Notes under the pieces: generated by a model
Database searches by the model: none
What the model saw: only the letters and a program-made list of their open reading frames with translations
What the model was told of the DNA's origin: nothing
Program-made: the position numbers and the translations under genes
Assembly (NCBI GenBank): GCA_030141605.1
Contig: JAQGDQ010001084.1
Coordinates: forward strand, 1-64,000
DNA length: 64,000 nucleotides
Direction: 5' to 3'
DNA from: Tubiluchus corallicola
Lineage: Eukaryota > Animalia > Priapulida
Part shown: piece by piece, positions 1-11,875 of the stretch
How positions within the stretch are numbered: position 1 is the stretch's first letter
Layout of the letters: every line of letters begins with the position of its first letter

Positions 1-479
1 AGTATAATTGTAAATTACCGTATCTTGTCAATAAGATTAAAAATACGTTTTTGGTTAGTGAGTGGTGCACTCTGAGGCTTTATGAACGAGCACAACATTT
101 TAAATAATAGTCTAATTGCATAAGTCTTTCCAGCAGTTAAGTAACACAGATTTGCACGGAAAGTATTTTGAGACAGTCCTATAATATTGTCTTTTCTTCC
201 CTTGATTTACGTTTGGTACATGATGTCATGTAATAGCGACTTCGAAACTGTATTGCAGGAGATTTAAAATGAAAACAAACTAAAATTCCTTTCAGTGCGA
301 GTACTATATGTTCATAAAATTGCTGTAAAGTAATATAATTTTTTCGGCGATTTTTCTGAAACCTACTTCAGGTGACCCTTTTCTTGTCCTTCAAATGTCG
401 TACATCTCCATCCATTGAATCGATATCACGTACAGGGACTGTTCACTCCTATGCCAGGACTCCCTACACACTGCAATGC

Positions 480-1155
480 CCCAAGTGGATTTGTTTCTAA
501 GGATCAGTGCTGAAGTGTTTAAATCTTTCTGTGCAAAATCCAAGTATGTAACATTTGTCCTCCTGCAGGTTTTTTAGTTGGTTCTATGGCTTGTTGAAGA
601 GCTATCTTCACTGGATTATCATCAGGTAGTCTAAGCATATGCCCAATCCATCTTAAACGGCGTCTTTTTATTTTTCCAAGGTTTTTCTTTCATTTTTTCA
701 TATAGATCTTTGTTTGAAATTTTCTTTGGCCATCTAATACCCAAAACGTTTCTGTAATTTCGCCTTTGAAATGCATCGATTTCAGCTTTAGCATTTGCTT
801 TTAATGTCCAGAGCTCAGAGTTGTACAGAAATACAGTTTCAACTAAGGCTGAGAATATTCTAATTTTTGTTTCCAAAGAAATCTTCCTATTTTCAAAAAC
901 TTTTGTGAGTTTTGAGTAAGCTGATAATGCCAATATCTTCCGTCTTAATATGTCGTCTTCTGTTGCCAGCAGACTACCGAGATACTTGCATCTTTGCCAT
1001 GATTCATCACCATGGCGTGTTATGTGAAACCTTTCGGTTTTATTTTTGTTTACTACGAGATCCATTCTGTTCAGTTTCTCCTATGGAGTTTTTTATTTAT
1101 CTATTTCGCCTTTGTTTCTTGTGTAACTATGCCACATCATCTGCACACTGCATAT
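480..1155 (-). mobile_element. RTE-clade non-LTR retrotransposon, degenerate 3' fragment of the RT ORF (left-arm copy)
   Basis: Translates to (Y>C)ADD...VNKNKT...KYLGS...KIRIFSALVETVFLYNSELW...FQRRNYRNVLGIRWPKKISNKDLY, typical of the RTE RT C-terminus. Contains frameshifts. Confidence 0.85.
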
Positions 1156-1706
1156 GTATTGTAGTAGTCGACTTTCTTTGTGGAGACCTTCTTTGTGAAC
1201 GACTCTACCGCCGCGACATCTGTTTGAGATTTTTTTTCATTATTCAAGGCAAAGGCCAAGCGAAAGCATGTTACTATTATATTGTTATATTATTAATAAC
1301 TACAAGTGCTTTATAAATGTTTATACCCTTGTCCACCTTTTCCAGAAATGATATTTTGGTCCATTTACTGTGAAATTTAAACACCGGATCAGAAAAGTTT
1401 ATGGTGCTATAAAATACGCAACCTTAAATTATGGAATGGTGGTGTTTATAATATTGTAACTTAGAGATAATGGTGCTGATATGCATGTCACGGCGTACTT
1501 GTGAAAAAAAACGTAAAAAGAAGCAGCAGTAAGAAGTGAAATTATAGAATTAAGTAAGTATGTATCTAGTCCAATGTGCGTGTATGTATAGTGATTGAAG
1601 CCAATGCGAAATGTTATTATTATTTTTGCATAACGTTACTTTTTTGTGCTCGTATCTGTAATTATGCGCATCTGTAATGTGTTTCTGTAATTTAGTTCTG
1701 TTTTGC

Positions 1707-3967
1707 AAACAAGGTAAGTTACCACATTACTTAGTAAAACATGCCAACCCCAAACAAGGTAATAACATTACTTAGTAAAACATGCCAACCCCAAATGAGG
1801 TAAGTACACATTATAACATAACCCCAAACAAGGTAGTTACCACATTATTAGTAAAACATGCCAACCCCAAATGAGGTAAGTTACCACATTATTTAGTAAA
1901 CATGCCAACCCCAAATGAGGTAAGTTACCACATTATTTAGTAAACATGCCAACCCCAAACAAGGTAACTTACCTCATTTGGGGTTGGCATGTTTTACTAA
2001 ATAATGTGGTAACTTACCTCATTTGGGGTTGGCATGTTTTACTAAGTAATGTGGTAACTTACCTCATTTGGGGTTGGCATGTTTTACTAAGTAATGTGGT
2101 AACTTACCTCATTTGGGGTTGGCATGTTTTACTAAGTAATGTGGTAACTTACCTTGTTTGGGGTTGGCATGTTTTACTAAGTAATGTGGTAACTTACCTC
2201 ATTTGGGGTTGGCATGTTTTACTAAGTAATGTGGTAACTTACCTTGTTTGGGGTTGGCATGTTTTACTAAGTAATGTGGTAACTTACCTCATTTGGGGTT
2301 GGCATGTTTTATTAAATAATGTGGTAACTTACCTTGTTTGGGGTTGGCATATTTTATTAAGTAATGTGGTAACTTACCTCGTTTGGGGTTGGCATGTTTT
2401 ACTAAGTAATGTGGTAACTTACCTCATTTGGGGTTGGCATGTTTTACTAAATAATGTGGTAACTTACCTTGTGTTGGGGTTGGCATGTTTTACTAAGTAA
2501 TGTGGTAACTTACCTCGTTTGGGGTTGGCGTGTTTTACTAAATAATGTGGTAACTTACCTTGTGTTGGGGTTGGCATGTTTTATTAAGTAGTGTGGTAAC
2601 TTACCTCGTTTGGGGTTGGCATGTTTTACTAAGTAATGTGGTACTTACCTTGTTTGGGGTTGGCATGTTTTACTAAGTAATGTGGTAACTTACCTCGTTA
2701 GGGGTTGGCATGTTTTACTAAATAATGTGGTAACTTACCTTGTTTGGGGTTGGCATGTTTTATTAAGTAGTGTGGTAACTTACCTCATTTGGGGTTGGCA
2801 TGTTTTACTAAATAATGTGGTAACTTACCTCATTTGGGGTTGGCATGTTTTACTAAATAATGTGGTAACTTACCTTGTGTTGGGGTTGGCATGTTTTACT
2901 AAGTAATGTGGTAACTTACCTCATTTGGGGTTGGCATGTTTTACTAAATAATGTGGTAACTTACCTTGTTTGGGGTTGGCATGTTTTACTAAGTAATGTG
3001 GTAACTTACCTCATTTGGGGTTGGCATGTTTTACTAAATAATGTGGTAACTTACCTCATTTGGGGTTGGCATGTTTTACTAAGTAATGTGGTAACTTACC
3101 TCATTTGGGGTTGGCATGTTTTACTAAATAATGTGGTAACTTACCTCATTTGGGGTTGGCATGTTTTACTAAATAATGTGGTAACTTACCTTGTTTGGGG
3201 TCGCCATGTTTTACTAAGTAATGTGGTAACTTACCTCATTTTGGGTTGGCATGTTTTACTAAGTAATGTGGTAACTTACCTTGTGTTGGGGTTGGCATGT
3301 TTTACTAAGTAATGTGGCAACTTACCTCATTTGGGGTTGGCATGTTTTACTAAATAATGTGGTAACTTACCTTGTTTGGGGTTGGCATGTTTTACTAAAT
3401 AATGTGGCAACTTACCTCATTTTGGGTTGGCATGTTTTACTAAATAATGTGGTAACTTACCTTGTTTGGGGTTGGCATGTTTTACTAAATAATGTGGCAA
3501 CTTACCTCATTTGGGGTTGGCATGTTTTACTAAATAATGTGGTAACTTACCTTGTGTTGGGGTTGGCATGTTTTACTAAGTAATGTGGCAACTTACCTCA
3601 TTTGGGGTTGGCATGTTTTACTAAGTAATGTGGTAACTTACCTTGTGTTGGGGTTGGCATGTTTTACTAAGTATTGTGGTAACTTACCCCGTTTGGGGTT
3701 GGCATGTTTTACTAAGTAATGTGGTAACTTACCTCGTTTGGGGTTGGCATGTTTTACTAAGTAATGTGGTAACTTACCTTGTGTTGGGGTTGGCATGTTT
3801 TACTAAGTAATGTGGTAACTTACCTTGTGTTGGGGTTGGCATGTTTTACTAAGTAATGTGGTAACTTACCTTGTGTTGGGGTTGGCATGTTTTACTAAGT
3901 AATGTGGTAACTTACCTTGTTTAGGGTTGGCATGTTTTACTAAGTAATGTGGTAACTTACCTTGTTT
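1707..3967. repeat. 45-bp tandem minisatellite (aatgtggtaacttacctcatttggggttggcatgttttactaagt), ~6 inverted units then ~44 forward units
   Basis: Period of 45 seen directly (gggttggcat at 1981, 2026...) and as a 15-aa repeat in the ORF track. Orientation switches at 1968. Confidence 0.97.
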
Positions 3968-4529
3968 AACGCAAATAGAACTAAATTACGGAAACTCATT
4001 ACAGATGCGCATAAATTACAGATACGAGCACAAAAAAGTAACGTTATGCAAAAATAATAATAACACTTCGCATTGGCTTCAATCACTATACATACACGCA
4101 CATTGGACTAGATACATACTTACTTAATTCTATAATTTCACTTCTTTCTGCTGCTTCTTTTTACGTTTTTTTCACAAGTACGCCGTGACATGCGTATCAG
4201 CACCATCCTCTCTAAGTTACAATAGTATAAACACCAAATGGCCATAATTTCATAATTTAAGATTGCGTTTTTATAGCACCATAAACTTTACTCATCCGGT
4301 GCTTAAATTTCACAGTAAATGGATCAAAATATCATTTCTGGAAAAGGTGGACAAGGGTATAAACATTTATAAGGCACTTGTAGTTATTAATAATATAACA
4401 ATATAATAGTAACATGCTTTCGCTTGGCCGTTGCCTTGAATAATGAAAAAAATCTCATACAGATGTCGCGGCGGTAGAGTCGTTCACAAAGAAGGTCTCC
4501 ACAAAGAAAGTCGACTACTACAATACATA

Positions 4530-5190
4530 TGCAGTGTGCAGATGATGTGGCATGGATTACAAGAAACAAAGGCGAAATAGATAAAATAAAAAACTCCATA
4601 GAGGAGAAACTGAACAGAATGGATCTCGTAGTAAACAAAAATAAAACCGAAGAGTTTCACATAACACGCCATGGTGATGAATCATGGCAAAGATGCAAGT
4701 ATCTCGGTAGTCTGCTGGCAACAGAAGACGACATATCAAGACGAAGATAATGGCATTATCAGCTTATTCAAAACTCACAAAAGTTTTTGAAAATAGGAAG
4801 ATTTCTTTGGAGACAAAAATTAAAATATTCTCAGCCTTAGTTGAAACTGTATTTCTGTATAGCTCTGGACATTAAAAGCAAATCATAAAGCTGAAATCGA
4901 TGCGTTTCAAAGGCGAAATTACAGAAACATTTTGAGCTTCAGATAGAGAAACAAAATCTCAAATAAAGATCTAAATGAAAAAATAAAAGAGGAACTTTGA
5001 ACAACAAAAATAAAAAGACGCCATTTAAGATGGATTGCATATGCTTAGATTACCTGAAGATAGTCCAGTAAAGATAACTCTTCCACAAGTCACAAAACTA
5101 ACTAAAAACCAGTAGGAGGACAAATGTTAACGTATTTAGTTTTTGCACAGAAAGATTTAAACACTTCAGCACTGATCCTTGGAGATAAAT
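4530..5190 (+). mobile_element. RTE-clade non-LTR retrotransposon, degenerate 3' fragment (right-arm copy)
   Basis: ORF 4529-4750 MQCADDVAWI...KYLGSLLATEDDISRRR is followed by a broken continuation. It is the inverted copy of 480-1155. Confidence 0.85.
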
Positions 5191-5286
5191 GCATTTGGGG
5201 TGTTGCGGCGAGCAGGGAGTCCTGACAGAGGGAGGTGAACAGTCCCTGTACGTATGATTCAATGGATGGAGATGTACGACATTTGA

Positions 5287-5730
5287 AGGACAAGAAAAGG
5301 GTCACCTGAAGTAGGTTTCAGAAAAATCGCCGAAGAAAATTATATTACTTTACAGCAGTATTGTGCACGTATCGTAGTCGTGTTGAAAGGAATTTTCGTT
5401 TGTTTTCATTTTAATTCTCCTGCAATACAGTTACGTGACGTCACTAAAATACGTAAATCAGGGCAAGAAAGGGAAATGTTAAATTATGACCCATTAAACT
5501 TTCCGTGCAAATCTATTTCACTTAACTGCTGGAAAGACTTATGCAATTAGACTAATTATTTAAAATGTTTGTGCTCGTTCATAAAATGTTGCTCCCTCCA
5601 GGGTGCGCCACTCACTAGCCAAAAATGTATTTTTAATCTTATTGACAAGATACGGTAATTTACAATTTTACTTTAATTTAAAATTAGCAACATGTATGCT
5701 ACGAATGCTCTGATTATTTACTCAATGTTA
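5287..5730 (+). mobile_element. Kolobok-like non-autonomous element, 5' portion (mirror copy at 1-~391)
   Basis: aggacaagaaaagggtcacctgaagtaggtttcag...ttagcaacatgtatgctacgaatgctctgatt is homologous to 11348-11810, which begins TTAA|AGG. Confidence 0.6.
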
Positions 5731-6287
5731 TCCCTAGCCCTTAGCATGCAAAAGGCCACCAATTGGGGTGCCTAAATTTTGCATTTTGTCCCCTCCTTCG
5801 GGCGTTCAAAGCTTGTCAGCTTTTTAAAACCCCAGGTGCACATCTACCACACTGTTAGGGCTGCCAAGCCTGTGAGTTTAGTCACCCTAGCTTGCATGCC
5901 TTACGAATTACTAAAAGTTGAAGTGTCGGAGAATAAATAAGATTAAAATCAACAACTCAATAAAAACAGTAGAATTTTATAGCAAAATCTCAATTATTAC
6001 ACCTACTGAATAGCACGAGCAAATCAGGACTTCAACAGCCGTCTGTGGCCATGACCCTGGGACCTTGGTCATTTTACATTCAACCCACGATACTTCCATA
6101 AACATTCTTAAAAAATCAATACCGCTCAGCCTGGCCTTCGTAAAATAATCAAATCATAATTCATTATAAAACGTATGTACATTTATTGCTGGAGAGATTT
6201 TTACAGCTAGCCCATGTTAGGATTTTAGCCTAAGAATGTGACCAAGCCACTTGTTGTCAAGGTCTTTTAGCGGCGGTTAGAAAGGGA

Positions 6288-6372
6288 TATAAAAGAGGGA
6301 CCGTTATGAAAAACTATCAGACCACAAGACCCGGAGCCTGTAGAAGCACAGTAAAAACTGCAGTAGGTAAGT
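6288..6372 (+). promoter_or_regulatory. TATA box, initiator and short non-coding first exon of the secreted-protein gene
   Basis: TATAAAA at 6288, TCAG Inr-like motif at 6317 (~30 bp downstream) and an AG|GTAAGT donor at 6367. The matching acceptor ttttcag ends at 7916, just before the ATG at 7926. Confidence 0.6.
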
Positions 6373-7169
6373 TCACGAAACTTTTTTGTTATTAGGAAAA
6401 CGGGGTACTTAGAAATGAAAATAAGGAAAGAAATGTCGGGACTGAGCCTGATTTATCCCTGGAACCAACCATTCCTTTAGGACAGAAAACACGGAAAATT
6501 CGGGATTGAGTCTGGATATAATCCCGGTACAAATTCATACTCACTTGTTCACTTTTCCTTTCTTTCGATTAAACTTTAGATAGAAAATTTCAGTAATTGT
6601 CAGTTTACTTCATTATTAATAAAATAGATAGTATTGAATTTAGGACGTTGAATAGTTGACTCACTTTAACGCTTATGATAGATAATTTCGCAATTAACAG
6701 AGACGAAATTCTAACCGTGGATGCGTCTCTTGATTCCATGACGCTGAGTTCCCTTTTTTCGTTTGTAAATCAATGAAGAACAAGGTGCTACGTATTTTTA
6801 TGTAATTTCTAAATAAAAGTGGCAAAGGTGATGATCCTTGAGGCATGCTTAAATGTGAGTCCTTTGCATTCTAACAAATTTATCCTTCAGGTGAAACTTT
6901 ATGTTGCGTTAAACTATAGCATACACTTACTGTACATCTCATAAGAAAAGCCTAACGTTAAAAGCTAAAGCTTTTGTTAGAAGTAGAAACTTTTTTTGAA
7001 TGGAAATTGGAAATGTCGTATATTGTGGCGTCGAATTTGCGATATTTATCTGTACATTGTAGTGGGAATTTGTGGTAGATTATCGAAAAGTGATTTATTG
7101 ATTTATTGACCAAATTTTTGTTAGTTTTGAGTTTTGTTAAAAAAATTTCTGTGGTTTCTCATTCGCGTA

Positions 7170-7486
7170 TTTCTTTCTTTTCCTTTCTTCTCTTCTCTTC
7201 TCTTCTGTCCTCTTCTCTTGTCTTGTCTTGTCTTGATTTTTTTGTCTTGTCTTGTCTTCTTTTCTCTTCTCTTCTCTTCTCTTTTCTTCACTTCTCTTCA
7301 CTCCTCTTCCCTTCACATCTCTTTCTTCTGTTCTTTTTTCTTCTCTTCTCCTCTGTTCTATTCTCTTCTCTCTCATCTCTTATCTTCTCTTTTCTATTCT
7401 CTTGTCTCTTCTCATTTCTTCACCCCTCTTCTCTTCTTTTCTCCTCTCTTCTCCCTTTATTTTCTTCTCTTCTCTTTTCTCTTGTC
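7170..7486. repeat. Polypyrimidine/polypurine low-complexity tract, (TCTTC/TCTTG)n, intronic
   Basis: Almost entirely C/T on the + strand for ~310 bp. It produces spurious F/L/S-rich and R/E/K-rich ORFs. Confidence 0.9.
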
Positions 7487-7925
7487 TGTATGCTTGCCTA
7501 CTTCGATAATTTTTGATCTCAAGTAATTTGAGAATAATCAAAGATTTGATACGTTTTATTTCTCAGTTCACAGAAATCGTAAATCAAAAGTAAATAAAAA
7601 ATACTCATAACTTAACCCGCTTAAATCTGCAGCTGTGATCTCGATTTCCTCATAGTTTCAGCAGCTTTAGAGTTTATAATGATTACAAGTAATAAAGCTA
7701 AATTAAATTGCCGTTAATTTATAATCAATGGTCTTTTCAATGTTCTTTTGCAAACCTGCTCTTTTGTAAGATATATTTTCTCTCTTCATAATAGCTTTGT
7801 GTGTTCCTGCTTTTCATTCCAACTCCCTTCTTTCTTCCTGGTTTGTTATCAAAGCGCATTTTGCAAATCGACAGATCACATAAGATACATTTGTTCAAAA
7901 GAAAACACATTTTCAGACTGACGTC

Positions 7926-9822
7926 ATGAATCTCCTGGTTGTGATCCTGTTTACCCTGGTAGCTGGCATCTCTGCGGGCGGTTACGGCCACGGTTACCAA
8001 CACGGACGTTTGAAACAGTTCGTTGCAAAGCCAAAGGAAGTCATCAAGGAGGAAGTTCCGGTAGTCGTCGTCACAGAAAGTCCTGAATATTTCACTACCA
8101 CCAGATATGGACCGATCAGCAGTGGATTCCTGAGAGGTTCCGGGGACAGATCCAGTCGGGTGGAGTACACAAGAAGTGGATCAGCCAGCGGAAGTCTGTT
8201 CTCCAGGGACAATGCAGAAGCCACTGAAACTGCTTCAAAGACACGAGGATATGAATACAAATACAGGTAGGCTGCCCCTTTTCTGAAAATTAAAGGAGAA
8301 GAATAGGCAATTTTAATGCATGTCTCAAAAAACTTTCCATACAAACTTATATTACTTACCTATTTGAAAGGCTAGAAAAGAAAATTCTTAGTAATTTAAT
8401 ATGTTCGCGCCAACTGGTAAAGAGTGGCTGACTCACCTTCCCATTGTGCACCACCGGCTCACCAAAAACGTATTTTTAATCTTATTGACAAGATACAGTA
8501 CTTTATAGTTTTGTTCAGTTAGTGCGCTACGAATGCGCTGACCAATGTCTCAAACTTGCAGTGTTAAGTAAACTTGTTTTAATCGACTATAAGCCATAAT
8601 GGGCTGCGCCTAACGGTCATCGCGGGAGTTTAAATTTCAAGGGTTTTATAAAGGTAATACAAGCATTGTGCGCTATAAGGCAAAATGAAAGTAACACAAA
8701 ATCGCGAGTCGAATTTTTCTAAGCTAGCTTTATGTAAGTACAAGGTTTCCTTGTACATTAACAACGCCCATAAACTGACTTAAAGCAAAACCGGACTCAA
8801 TCTTAAACTGTAGGTCAAAACAATCTGTTCTTTAAAATATTGAAAAGGAAACAAACAATTTTTTCAAAAATGACTCACGTAAAAGAATTATTACCACGCA
8901 AACACAATTTCGACTTCGCGCAACTAGTTCTTCGCTGTTACGTGCATTTTACAATTCTGTAGTTAGACAGGCTAGCGCCTGGATGTCGAAAACGCATTGC
9001 TCGAAAAACAGGTGCTTTACCTCTCACTTTAGATGTGTTAGTTTGTGACGAAACTACACACGTTTGACAGCTTATGCGTGAGCACAGCGGTAAATTTAAA
9101 ATTTATTGTTAAATCTGCAAAAGTTAGTGTGGCCCCGTTAAAAAGCAATTGCGTAGTGAAAGGGTTAAATCTTGCCTAGTTTTAGTACAACACACTGAAT
9201 ATCTTACGGTAGCAGTGTACATGAATTTTCGCTTTCGCAAACACGTGCAACACGCTCGCGGAATATTTTTGCTGTTGAATATTATGTTAGTTTATGATGT
9301 CATCAATAGTTGGGCTCGTCCTCCGTTAATTAAGTTTTTAATCTATTATTTAACTATCAGAACCGCTTTTGCAGTATTAATTGTGCTAAAATGTATACTT
9401 TTTACCATACTTAAAAATGGGGCAGTGTATGAAAAATCATCCTGTCTTCCTTTAAATATTGATCCATAGAATTATATGGCTTGTGCAGATCACTGATCGA
9501 TATTTTGGTCAACCCTGTACAATAAATGTTTTCAACTAGACGTCGTAGAGTAAATGTTAAGAGAGTAAGCAATTAAAACAATCCAGAAAATTAATAGACA
9601 AACAGAAATAACGTAAAAAAAGTTAAAAAATATAACAGTCAACATCGACTGTCATATCAATGTCGACGTTGAAATTTGTTGCTTGCAGCCGTTTTAATTC
9701 ACATTTTCACCACCAGGCAGGGCCACAGTTACGAGCAACCAAGGACGCTGTACCACTATGACATTGAGGAACCAATCTGGGGCTTCGCTGACGTGGATTA
9801 TGTCTACACAGGAGAAGAATAA
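7926..9822 (+). CDS. Small secreted Tyr/Gly/His/Ser-rich orphan protein (~148 aa); coding exons 7926-8266 and 9717-9822
   Basis: Signal peptide MNLLVVILFTLVAGISA followed by GGYGHGYQHG. A phase-2 donor CAG|GTAGGC at 8267 joins the acceptor ...caccag|9717, giving RQGHSYEQPRTLYHYDIEEPIWGFADVDYVYTGEE*. AATAAA at 9992. Confidence 0.75.
8294..9451 (+). mobile_element. Kolobok-like non-autonomous DNA transposon (~1.16 kb) with TTAA on both sides, in an intron
   Basis: TTAA(8290-8293)|AGG...CCT|TTAA(9452-9455). The 5' part matches the 11348 and 23130 repeats. The 3' part matches 22008-22633 in reverse complement. Confidence 0.7.
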
Positions 9823-10437
9823 ATTCCACACCTGAACAACAAGACCCGGGACTGCACAATCTGGCTAGACTTTTCTAAATTTCATCGTTAATAGACGGAA
9901 ACATAAGCAAGATTTTCATAAAGTATTATTGTAATAATCGATGTGGAGATTTGTGGCTTCTTCCACACGATGCCGCCACTTGTATAGTAACAATAAATAC
10001 TCGAAGAATTATGACAAGTTACTTTAAAAAAAGCCGTGACCGATTTCGACTGCCATCTAGTGTGCTTTCAGAAGACTAAGCGCACATGCATTTTACTTAT
10101 TTTAAGATCTTGTGAGTTTTTATATAATTGTATTTTTGTATGATATTTAACAATGGCCCTGGATTGTCACAACTACTTTGTATAGTTGATACTAGTTGTA
10201 ATGATTTTTAGACTTCATTTTTGATGTAGTTGAAATCAAATAAGTAATAAATAATTAAATAAATAAAAAATCACCTTGCTATGTTTTCAAACGTTTTTGA
10301 CCCAGTGATTCAACTTTTATGTTAAATGTCCGATCAGATTTTAGCAAAAAACTTTTTCCTATGATTGTGGACGTACTTCCAGCAGCAGCTTCTATTTGGG
10401 CTTCTTTTATTTCTAGTATAATAGCTTAACAAATGTG

Positions 10438-11262
10438 CATGAAGACCCATAGTGTGACGACCCACAGTGTGAAGACTCATAGTGTGACAACCCACAGTAT
10501 GATGACCGACAATGTGGTAACCCATAGTGTGACGACCCACAGTGTGATGACCCACAGTGTGACGACCCACAGTGTGAAGATCCACAGTGTGACGACCCAC
10601 AGTGTGACGACCCACAGTGTGAAGACCCACAGTGTGACGACCCACAGTGTGACGATCCACAGTGTGACGACCCACAGTGTGACGATCCACAGTGTGACAA
10701 CCCACAGTGTGACCACCCACAGTGCGACGACCCACAGTGTGACGACCCACAGTGTGACGATCCACAGTGTGACAACCCACAGTGTGACGACCCACAGTGC
10801 GACGATCCGCAGTGTGACGACCAACCCACAGTGTGACAATGGGTCGTGTGACGACCTACAGTGTAACAATCCACAGTGTGACGACCCACAGTGTGACGAT
10901 CCACAGTCTGATGATCCACAGTGTGACGATCCACAGTCTGATGATCCACAGTGTGATGACCCACAGTGTGATGATCCACAGTCTGATGATCCACAGTGTG
11001 ACGATCCACAGTGTGACGACCCACAGTGTGACGATCCACAGTGTGATGACCCACAGTGTGACGACCCACAGTGTGACGATGGATCGTGTGACGACCTACA
11101 GTGTGACGATCCACAGTGTGACGATCCACAGTGTGACGATCCACAGTGTGACGACCCACAGTGTGACGATCCACAGTGTGACAACCCACAGTGTGACGAT
11201 CCACAATGTGATGATCCACAATGTGACGACCCACAATGTGACGATCCACAGTGTGACGATCC
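10438..11262. repeat. 15-bp tandem minisatellite (ccacagtgtgacgac)n, ~55 units
   Basis: Direct periodicity, with 5-aa repeat ORFs in all six frames. Confidence 0.97.
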
Positions 11263-11347
11263 ATCTTGTGCAGTTGCTTTTGTGAAACGGCAATTAATTA
11301 CCCAAGAAATGAAATCTTATGAAATTTCCTACCAAATATTGTCTTAA

Positions 11348-11875
11348 AGGACAAGAAAAGGGGCACCTGAAGTAGGTTTCAGAAAAATTGCATTAAAAAA
11401 TCGATATTACTTTACAGTAATTTTATGCGTATATCGTATTCACGTTAAAATGAATTTTTGTTCGTTTTCGTTTTAAATCTCCCGCGATACTATTTGGACC
11501 GCACCATTACGTGACGTCATATGCGCACACCGTAAATCATGGAAAGAAAACGAAATGTTAAATTACGTCCTAAAAACTTTCCACGCAAATCTATATTACT
11601 TAGCATTTCACTTACCTGCTGGAAAGACTTATGTAATTAGACTAATAATTTAAAATGTTAGTGCCAATTGGTAAAATGTCATTGAATCACCCTCCAGGGT
11701 GCGCCACTCACTAACTAGAAACGTTTTTTTCGTCTTATTGACAAGATACAGTAATTTAAAATTTCACTTAATTAGCAACATGTATGCTACGAATGCTCTG
11801 ATTATTTTTTCAAACTCTACTCAATGTTGTCTAAACTTGTTTCAAACGACCTGCCATTAAAATGCCTGCGCCTAA
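11348..11875 (+). mobile_element. Kolobok-like element, 5' portion
   Basis: Starts TTAA|AGGACAAG. Homologous to 5287-5730, 8294-8612 and 23128-23436. Confidence 0.65.

Larger units (their letters stand above)
1..5672. repeat. Large inverted duplication (fold-back): left arm 1-1706, right arm 3971-5672, central 45-bp minisatellite
   Basis: 1-35 (agtataattgtaaattaccgtatcttgtcaataag) is a near-perfect reverse complement of 5638-5672. 1666-1706 mirrors 3971-4010. The ORF translations mirror each other (631-1065 on - versus 4529-4750 on +). The left arm runs off the start of the window. Confidence 0.95.

Noticed and set aside
1707-3967. CRISPR-like array or repeat protein (NVVTYLIWGWHVLLS)n
   Set aside because: Units are contiguous with no unique spacers, there are no cas genes, and the context is eukaryotic. 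The ORFs are broken by 1-bp indels and result from a unit length divisible by 3.
7106-7526. Hydrophobic membrane-protein ORFs and an R/E/K-rich ORF
   Set aside because: Translation artefacts of a polypyrimidine tract inside an intron.
9149-9469. Paralogous small ORFs (9149-9469 and 21972-22190)
   Set aside because: Both lie within copies of the same non-autonomous transposon end, so the similarity reflects the repeat.
10334-11347. His/Thr-rich or Cys/Asp-rich repeat proteins, (HSVTT)n / (DDPQC)n / (SSHCG)n
   Set aside because: The 15-bp satellite is open in all six frames. There is no signal peptide, splice structure or frame preference, and the phase shifts at ~10820.
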